From NCBI GenBank assembly GCA_051960355.1, contig JBQCEJ010000225.1, forward strand, positions 1-38,943: a stretch of 38,943 bases of DNA, given 5' to 3'. Shown one piece after another: positions 1-6,719 of this stretch; the stretch's first letter is position 1, and each line of letters begins with the position of its first letter. Source of the DNA: Verrucomicrobiota bacterium. GTDB taxonomy: Bacteria; Verrucomicrobiota; Verrucomicrobiia; Limisphaerales; DASXHY01. A program made the position numbers and the translations under genes. The notes beneath the pieces are model-generated. The model was not told where the DNA came from. It did not search any database and was given only the letters and a program-made list of their open reading frames with translations.

Positions 1-1
1 G

Positions 2-1195
2 AACTTCCTTAACCGGAAGAACGAGGCAGACCAGCGGGTCTATGAGTTACTGGCCCAAAAATTCCAGCTTTTCGAAGGTGTCTTTGGCGCGAGCGACGAA
101 GTCCTGGGTGCCATTGAATCCGGCGTGGATTTCGAGAAGCGCATCAATGACATTTACCAGCGGTGTCGCAAGCACGAGGAAATCAAAACCGCCTTCGACA
201 AACTACAACTTGAGTTAAATCTGGAAATCAATTCGGCGATGACGCAAACCCGCCGCAAGCTGCTGGAGAACTTCGACGACGATGTTCGCGACAAGCTGAA
301 AATGCGGGACGAGAAGTCCAGGGCCTCTCTGAACAAGTTTGAGCGGTTGCTGATGCAACTCACACGGCACGAGTTGAGCGGTCACGCTGAGTTCGCAGAT
401 GATTCTGAATTCACACTGAAGTCTTGTCCATTTCCCGGTGAGATTCCGTTAGGCCGCTATGAGTTACCGCGTCGTTCTGGAGAAGCGCATCTCTATCGAC
501 TCGGCCATCCGCTCGCAGAATCAGTTCTCGCGCAGGCAAATAGACGGGAACTTTCTCCGGCGGAAATTCAGTTCGATTATTCCGCACACGATGGAAAGAT
601 CTCACTTCTGAAACCGTTGGCCGGCGAATCGGGATGGTTGACGCTCTCGCTATTCAGTGTTGAATCGCTGCACCAAACGGAAGACCGATTGATTTTTTCA
701 GCGATGACAGATGGCGGGCACGTTTTGGACGAAGAAATATCTCAACGACTGTTTTCCCTGGCTGGCTCGACGGAATCGCGTGTGTTCAATGTTCCGCCAG
801 GCGAACTGGAAACCGTCACACAGCAACGGAAAGCGACCATTCAGCGAGAAATTACCGAGCGGAACGCACAGTTCTTCGAAGCCGAAGCCGACAAACTTGA
901 AGGCTGGGCAGACGATATTAAGCTGGGGCTCGAACGGGAAATCAAAGAGCTTGACCGCCAAATCAAAGAGGCACGGCGGACCGCGACGCTGGCGCTCACT
1001 TTGGAAGAGAAGTTGGCAGGACAGAAACTGATCAAGGCACTGGAGGCGCAACGTGGCAACAAGCGCCGTTCCCTCTTCGATGCACAGGACAAGGTGGATA
1101 AACAACGCGATGAGTTGATTGCCAACATTGAACGAAAGTTAACGCAAAATGCCGCGCTGTTACGGCTTTTCACGGTTCGTTGGAAAGTGGTTTGA
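2..1195 (+). CDS. C-terminal part of a large SF2 (probably SNF2-like) helicase; 5' end lies outside the window
   Basis: Frame 2 is open from nt 2: NFLNRKNEADQRVYELLAQKFQLFEGVFGASDEVLG precedes the listed GTG at 125, so the gene enters the window truncated. It has a long C-terminal coiled-coil (EAEADKLEGWADDIKLGLEREIKELDRQIKEARR...). No helicase motifs fall inside the window. The SNF2 assignment rests on my recollection of this type of tail in defence-associated SNF2 helicases. Confidence 0.5.
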   Translation, partial: NFLNRKNEADQRVYELLAQKFQLFEGVFGASDEVLGAIESGVDFEKRINDIYQRCRKHEEIKTAFDKLQLELNLEINSAMTQTRRKLLENFDDDVRDKLKMRDEKSRASLNKFERLLMQLTRHELSGHAEFADDSEFTLKSCPFPGEIPLGRYELPRRSGEAHLYRLGHPLAESVLAQANRRELSPAEIQFDYSAHDGKISLLKPLAGESGWLTLSLFSVESLHQTEDRLIFSAMTDGGHVLDEEISQRLFSLAGSTESRVFNVPPGELETVTQQRKATIQREITERNAQFFEAEADKLEGWADDIKLGLEREIKELDRQIKEARRTATLALTLEEKLAGQKLIKALEAQRGNKRRSLFDAQDKVDKQRDELIANIERKLTQNAALLRLFTVRWKVV

Positions 1196-1200
1196 ATCCT

Positions 1201-1377
1201 ATGGACACTCCATCTCAAAAACTCGCGTCGAAAATCGTTGAGCGTCTTGTCTCAGAGAAGCTGCTCAACGTTGAAGCTGGGAAGAAGCTCCTGCCAAAGT
1301 TAATGGCTGGAAAACTCAATGCCGAAGATTGGCGATTGCCGATAGAAACCTCCGACAAAAAGGAGGCGAAACCGTGA
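1201..1377 (+). CDS. small hypothetical protein (58 aa)
   Basis: ATG at 1201 lies 5 nt after the helicase stop (TGA 1193-1195). Its stop TGA (1375-1377) overlaps the GTG start of the next gene (GTGA). No recognisable domain. Confidence 0.4.
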   Translation: MDTPSQKLASKIVERLVSEKLLNVEAGKKLLPKLMAGKLNAEDWRLPIETSDKKEAKP

Positions 1378-3704
1378 ACACAGCGCCATTGGCCAAGCTG
1401 ACGATTGCTCACCTTCGCGGCTCCGTGGTTCCATTCAACCTTCCATTTGAAAAGAATAAAAAACTGACTGTGATTTATGGCGAGAATGGTACGGGCAAGT
1501 CCACTATTTGCGATGCATTCGATTTCATTGGAAACGGCAAGGTAGGGTCTTTAGAGAACAGAGGGTTGGGCAGAACTTCCAAATATTGGCAATCCGTCGG
1601 AAAGAAGGCCACTGACTTGTCCGTCACCTTGGAAACCTTGTCTGCCGATCCAAAGAAACCTGATTCATGTCAGGCAATAGTAGGAAAAAGCGATGTCGTC
1701 GTAACTCCCTCGGCATTGCGTCCAAAGGTGGAAGTTTTGAGGCGCAGTCAGATTCTCGGACTGATCGAGGCCAAACCCGGAGATCGCTATGCGGCAATCA
1801 GTCGCTTCATTGACGTTTCGGGTATCGAGGCGTCAGAAGCGGCTCTTCGCGACTTGATTCGTGGTCTAAAAGAAAGCCGTGAAATTGCGATTGCTCGGGT
1901 GCAGGAAAATCTGGAGAGCTTGATCGTTTTTTGGGAAGCGGCTGGGAAACAAGGGAACGATCATCTTGCTTGGGCCGAGGAAGAATCCAAGAGAGCACCA
2001 GAAAATTCTGCTGAAGAGCTTTCAGCCTTGGACGGTTTGCAAACCGCTTTCAATCGTCTGACAGACTATCCAGCACAATTGAAAATCGCCGACCACAACG
2101 TGACCGTTGCGCAGCAGGCAGTGGTTGATGCGAGGAAGAAGTCAGAGGAGTGCGCCAAATCAATTGCTGCGGACGCAGGCGAGACAATGGGCATTCTCGA
2201 AACCGCCAGTGCCTTTTTTCACAAGCACCCCAATCCATCCACATGCCCATTATGTGATAGCTCCGAAAAGGTGGACGGACTGGCGCAGCGGATCAAACAA
2301 CGCCTGGAGCAGTTTTCTACGTTGCAGGCTGCTCTGCAAGATCAGAGGACAGCGGAGACCAGCCTACAGCGCGCCATCCAGCAATCGGATACTTTGAAAG
2401 GAAATGCCAAAAGGCACGCCCAGGATTTTGAAAAAGTGCGGGGAAGATTGACTGAGTGGCCAAAGGACATTGAACTTCCCAAGAGCGCTGCGCCTGAAGA
2501 CGCCGCCAGGTTAGCTGAATGGCTTGAGAAAAATGCCCTTCTTCCGACTCAATGGAAGAAAGTCGAAATAGCAAGGCAGGATCGGAAACAATTCCTAACC
2601 TCACTCAAGTCGGCGCTGAAAACCTTTCAGGATAATGTCAAAGCACAGAAGGAACTCGATGCATTGCTGCCCAAGCTGTCCAAGGCACTTGAGATCGTTG
2701 AAGAAGAGCGCAGAAAACTCACGGATGAAGTCCTTTCCAAAATCGCCGGTGAAGTTGGTCGCATCTACGAAATCGTTCACCCGGGTGAAGGGCTCAACAA
2801 AATTAGCCTGGAATTGGATCCCAAGAAGCGCGCATCCCTGGAAATCGGAACCGACTTCTATGGAGAAAAAGGCGCTCCGCCCCAAGCCTTTTTCAGCGAT
2901 TCGCATCTCGACACTCTGGGTCTTTGCGTTTTTCTCGCCCTGGCGGCGCTGGATGGGCCGGAGAAAACAATTCTGGTCCTCGACGATGTTCTTGCGAGCG
3001 TCGATGAGCCTCACGTCGAACGGTTAATCGAAATGCTCTACGCCGAAGCGGTGAAATTCCGGCATTGCGTCATTTCTACCCATTATCGGCCATGGAAGCA
3101 GAAGCTACGCTGGGGCTGGTTGAAAAACGGTCAATGCCATTTCATAGAACTGACCAGATGGACTGATCAGCGTGGCCTCACTCTTATCCGAAGTGTGCCG
3201 GATGCGGACCGCTTAAAGATTCTGCTCGCGGAGTCGCCGCCTGATCCACAGCTAGTTTGTGCCAAGGCGGGAGTGATTCTGGAAGCCATCCTCGATTTCA
3301 TTACCCAGATTTACGAATGCTCGATCCCGAGACGTCCGGGCGGCCTTTACACACTCGGCGATCTCTTGCCTTCCATCGACAAAAAGCTCCGTAATGCGTT
3401 GACCGTCGAAATCATGGCAAGGGACGAAGTCGGAACAGTCACCTATACATCCGTTAAGCTGGCGCCCATTCTCGACGAATTGATTCGAATTGCGCAAACC
3501 CGAAACGTTTTCGGATGTCACTTCAACACGCTCTCATTTGAACTGCTGGAAACGGATGCAATTGGTTTTGGAAAAAATGTCCTGCATTTGAGCGAAGCAA
3601 TCACTTGCCCTGAAGCGGGCTGGCCGAGAAGTGACAAGTCTGGAAAGTATTGGGCAACGTCCGGAGAAACGCGGCGTCTGCATCCTTTGCAACAACCGAC
3701 CTGA
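1374..3704 (+). CDS. SMC/Rad50-like ABC-type ATPase (AAA_13 / RloC-PrrC-like architecture) with a coiled-coil insertion and a C-terminal effector-like domain
   Basis: AGGAGG at 1361-1366 lies 7 nt before GTG 1374. Walker A GENGTGKST (1479-1505). About 300 aa of coiled-coil with CPLC at 2244-2255. Signature-like FSDSHLDTLGLCVFLALA. Walker B/D-loop ILVLDDVLASVDEPH (from 2970). ISTH H-loop. About 190-aa C-terminal domain containing RNVFGCH (3501-3521). Confidence 0.85.
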   Translation: MNTAPLAKLTIAHLRGSVVPFNLPFEKNKKLTVIYGENGTGKSTICDAFDFIGNGKVGSLENRGLGRTSKYWQSVGKKATDLSVTLETLSADPKKPDSCQAIVGKSDVVVTPSALRPKVEVLRRSQILGLIEAKPGDRYAAISRFIDVSGIEASEAALRDLIRGLKESREIAIARVQENLESLIVFWEAAGKQGNDHLAWAEEESKRAPENSAEELSALDGLQTAFNRLTDYPAQLKIADHNVTVAQQAVVDARKKSEECAKSIAADAGETMGILETASAFFHKHPNPSTCPLCDSSEKVDGLAQRIKQRLEQFSTLQAALQDQRTAETSLQRAIQQSDTLKGNAKRHAQDFEKVRGRLTEWPKDIELPKSAAPEDAARLAEWLEKNALLPTQWKKVEIARQDRKQFLTSLKSALKTFQDNVKAQKELDALLPKLSKALEIVEEERRKLTDEVLSKIAGEVGRIYEIVHPGEGLNKISLELDPKKRASLEIGTDFYGEKGAPPQAFFSDSHLDTLGLCVFLALAALDGPEKTILVLDDVLASVDEPHVERLIEMLYAEAVKFRHCVISTHYRPWKQKLRWGWLKNGQCHFIELTRWTDQRGLTLIRSVPDADRLKILLAESPPDPQLVCAKAGVILEAILDFITQIYECSIPRRPGGLYTLGDLLPSIDKKLRNALTVEIMARDEVGTVTYTSVKLAPILDELIRIAQTRNVFGCHFNTLSFELLETDAIGFGKNVLHLSEAITCPEAGWPRSDKSGKYWATSGETRRLHPLQQPT

Positions 3705-4158
3705 TCCTTTGAGCGAGAAGTTTACCGTCAACTTCAAGACCTCAACCGGGCATCACGTTCGGGTGACATTGGGATATTTTTGGCAGGAACTATCGGACTC
3801 CGACCGCCTCTTTGGATACAAACCCAAGCAGTTTCATGCGGTTCACGTTTATTCGACTGAAGACACCTTCCCGCGGCACTTGCAACTTCGGCATGAATAC
3901 CTGGCCGACAAGGATTACCAGCCCAAAATCGAAGCTGATTTGAAAATCTGGCTCGCCTCGATAATGAACGACAAACGGCATGGCGACTACGATTGTGTTG
4001 AAGACTTCCTGATAGATTTGGCAGACTCTTTCGAGCATCTGGCTGCTGAAACTGGCGATCTCATCCATCATCTGGCAGACCCTAGCATGGAAAACGATCC
4101 ATCGCTGCTTGGGTTTGAAGTGGATGACGAGCCGAAGGAAGAAGAGCCAGAACGTTGA
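3631..4158 (+). CDS. hypothetical protein with an acidic C-terminal tail (start uncertain; alternative TTG at 3709)
   Basis: ORF in the operon frame. GTG 3631 overlaps the ATPase gene by 74 nt. The in-frame TTG 3709 lies 5 nt after the ATPase stop. The C-terminus is EVDDEPKEEEPER. The stop TGA (4156-4158) overlaps TTG 4155 of mod. No domain recognised. Confidence 0.55.
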   Translation: MTSLESIGQRPEKRGVCILCNNRPDPLSEKFTVNFKTSTGHHVRVTLGYFWQELSDSDRLFGYKPKQFHAVHVYSTEDTFPRHLQLRHEYLADKDYQPKIEADLKIWLASIMNDKRHGDYDCVEDFLIDLADSFEHLAAETGDLIHHLADPSMENDPSLLGFEVDDEPKEEEPER

Positions 4159-4163
4159 GTGCG

Positions 4164-5888
4164 ATGATTTCAAAGAAGCAAAAACTTGAACTGACGTGGA
4201 TTGGGAAGGAAAACCGACCACGCCTGGAGCCGCGCATCCTGCTGGAGGACGCGGAGAAATCCTATCACGCCAAACACCGCGTCACCGACAATGATCTGTT
4301 CGATAACCGGCTCATTTTTGGCGACAATCTGCTCGCCCTCAAAGCGCTCGAACAGGAGTTCGCCGGCAAGATCAAGTGCATCTTCATTGACCCGCCTTAC
4401 AACACCGGCAGCGCTTTCAGTCATTACGATGACGGCATTGAACATTCCATTTGGCTTTCGCTAATGCGTGACCGACTCGAATTGCTACGCAAACTGCTTT
4501 CAGAGGACGGGGTGATATGGATTACTATTGACGACAACGAATGCCATTACCTCAAAATCCTTTGCGACGAAGTTTTCGGACGGGAAAATTTTGTCGCAAA
4601 CGTAATTTGGGAGAAGAAATCGTCATCGCAGTCTAACGCACAATGGCTTTCTGATTCCCACGACCATGTTCTAGTCTTTGCGAAAAACAAAGAAATTTGG
4701 CGTCCGGCAAAACTCGCAAGAACGGATGAGCAGAACGCAATTTACAAACACTGTGACGAATACGATGGAATAGACGCTAAAGGAAAAAGATATGGACGCG
4801 GTCCGTGGTTCCCTGGGGATTTCACAATCAGTCTTACAACCGGCCAGCGCGGGAAACAGTTTGCCAAAACAGGCGTCTCCGCAAATTTGTATCCAATCAC
4901 CACTCCCTCCGGGCGCGAGGTGATGCCTGCAAAAGGTAGGTGCTGGGCATACACAAAAGATTCGTTTGAACGTCTAAAGGCCGATAAGAGAGTGTATTTT
5001 GGCAAGGATGGAAGCAGCAAGCCAACGATCAAAAGATTCTTGTCCGAAATTGAAGACCAAGGAGTCGTTTGTCCAACCGTTTGGCACTATTCAGAAGTTG
5101 GCGAAAACCGAATTGCAGCAGTCGAAGTCAAAGCCTTCAACGAAGCGGATCCTTTTTCGGCCCCGAAGCCCGAACTGCTCCTTAAACGAGTTTTGGAACT
5201 TTCTACTAGCCCTCTTGATTGGGTTCTCGACTCCTTCGGCGGTTCAGGCACGACGGGCGCAGTCGCTCACAAAATGGGCCGTCGGTGGATCATGGTTGAG
5301 TTGGGTGAACATTGTCACACGCACATCATTCCCCGGCTCGAGAAAGTGATTGATGGTGCAGACTCCGGCGGGATTACAGAGGCTGTCGCCTGGAAAGGCG
5401 GCGGCGGGTTCCGTTATTACCGGCTCGCACCGTCGCTCCTGGAAAAAGACAAGTGGGGCAATTGGGTCATCAGCAAGGAGTTCAACGCCGCCATGCTCGC
5501 TGAGGCGGCTTGCAAGCTGGAAGGTTTCCAATACGCGCCCAGCGACACAGTGTATTGGCAGCACGGTCACTCCACTGAGCGGGATTTTATTTACGTCACC
5601 ACCGCGCACCTGACCGCTGACCAACTCGCGCAATTGAGCGATGAAGTCGGGCCAGAGCGCACGCTGCTGGTCCTTTGCGCCGCCTTCCGCGCAGGCACCC
5701 AGAACGTCACCGACCGGTTTCCCAACCTGACCGTGAAGAAGATTCCGAAACAGGTCCTCTCCCGCTGCGAATGGGGTCATGACGATTACAGCTTGAAAGT
5801 TGAAAACCTACCCAAAGCGCCGCCTCCGCTCCCGGCGGTGGACAAAAAGGGTCAGCAAACCCTGTTTTCAGAGGAGCCCGGTCGATGA
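4164..5888 (+). CDS. mod: Type III R-M Mod subunit; beta-class N6-adenine (or N4-cytosine) DNA methyltransferase
   Basis: Motif IV IFIDPPYNTG (DPPY at 4389-4400) precedes motif I DSFGGSGTTG (5235-5255), which is the beta-class order typical of Type III Mod. About 270 aa between them could be a target-recognition region. The N-terminal KLELTWIGKENRPRLEPRILLED is typical of this family. The start is ATG 4164, or TTG 4155 overlapping the upstream stop. Confidence 0.9.
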   Translation: MISKKQKLELTWIGKENRPRLEPRILLEDAEKSYHAKHRVTDNDLFDNRLIFGDNLLALKALEQEFAGKIKCIFIDPPYNTGSAFSHYDDGIEHSIWLSLMRDRLELLRKLLSEDGVIWITIDDNECHYLKILCDEVFGRENFVANVIWEKKSSSQSNAQWLSDSHDHVLVFAKNKEIWRPAKLARTDEQNAIYKHCDEYDGIDAKGKRYGRGPWFPGDFTISLTTGQRGKQFAKTGVSANLYPITTPSGREVMPAKGRCWAYTKDSFERLKADKRVYFGKDGSSKPTIKRFLSEIEDQGVVCPTVWHYSEVGENRIAAVEVKAFNEADPFSAPKPELLLKRVLELSTSPLDWVLDSFGGSGTTGAVAHKMGRRWIMVELGEHCHTHIIPRLEKVIDGADSGGITEAVAWKGGGGFRYYRLAPSLLEKDKWGNWVISKEFNAAMLAEAACKLEGFQYAPSDTVYWQHGHSTERDFIYVTTAHLTADQLAQLSDEVGPERTLLVLCAAFRAGTQNVTDRFPNLTVKKIPKQVLSRCEWGHDDYSLKVENLPKAPPPLPAVDKKGQQTLFSEEPGR

Positions 5889-5927
5889 AACCCTGCCTTG
5901 TCAAAGCCCCCGAGCGGAGTTAGCGTC

Positions 5928-6719
5928 ATGCCTAGTGAAGAGCCAGACAAGACAGTTTCAACCAGTCAAACCGCTTCTCACCCAGAAGCAGCTTGCGCAG
6001 ATCTTGTCCAATCGGCGCTCCATTTCCTCCGCCGAAGCTCATCGCCAGATGGCCGCCCACTTGGGCCGTCCTCTGTCGCCAGGCAGAAAGCTGACCTTCG
6101 TCAATGGGCGCAAGGTCTGGGCTTGCTGCTGACGCCGGACTGGCTTCCCACTATTCCGCTTCGAGGCGGACAGGAACACGATCTCTATCACGACACGCTG
6201 TCGGACCGCTATTTCAAGGTCACCCGCGAGGGCGTTTTCGGCTTCTCCCCCGGTATTGAACTCGCGCTGGTTTCCTCTGGCGAAGACGCCCGGCGTTTTC
6301 ATCTCTGGGAAGCCACCCCCGTGGAGTATTTGGAACGCCTCGCCCTGCACAACCAACTTGTCCCGGAAATTAACCGGCTGGAAGGCGTCTTGGATCAACC
6401 CGATGGCGACATGGCCGTCGTCACCTCCCAGCCGCGGTTCGATATTGTACCGGTTACGGAGTCGGAAATTGACGCGTGGTTTGCCGGACTGGGCTTCACC
6501 CGAATTACGCGCTCCGCCTATTACCGTGCCGACGACAACTTGGGAGTGTTTGACGCCCACGACAAAAACGTCGTTCGTGCCGGGACTTCGTTGATCCCAT
6601 TTGATATCATTCCCTGCCGCCCGGCCGAAGGGTTCCTGAAGTTCATCGAAGACACCCTGGCCGCAGGGCATACCCTCACGGCGCAGCGCACTGCCACCAC
6701 TTCATCTCGTTCAAAATGA
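5928..6719 (+). CDS. protein-kinase-fold protein (polyvalent-protein-type kinase-like) inserted between mod and res
   Basis: Motifs occur in kinase-like order and spacing: RGGQEHDLY (Gly-rich, from 6162), YFKVT Lys (6216-6218), FDAHDKN giving D-x4-N (6549-6569), and PFD 12 residues after the Asn (6597-6605). The stop overlaps the res start (ATGA 6716-6719). The start is ATG 5928 or TTG 5898. Confidence 0.6.
   Translation: MPSEEPDKTVSTSQTASHPEAACADLVQSALHFLRRSSSPDGRPLGPSSVARQKADLRQWAQGLGLLLTPDWLPTIPLRGGQEHDLYHDTLSDRYFKVTREGVFGFSPGIELALVSSGEDARRFHLWEATPVEYLERLALHNQLVPEINRLEGVLDQPDGDMAVVTSQPRFDIVPVTESEIDAWFAGLGFTRITRSAYYRADDNLGVFDAHDKNVVRAGTSLIPFDIIPCRPAEGFLKFIEDTLAAGHTLTAQRTATTSSRSK

Noticed and set aside
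3573-3704. Cys/His-rich end of the ATPase (CPEAGWPRSDKSGKYW...) as a second metal-binding module.
   Set aside because: It has too few ligands and irregular spacing. The region also overlaps the alternative start of the next ORF, so the composition may be constrained by dual coding.
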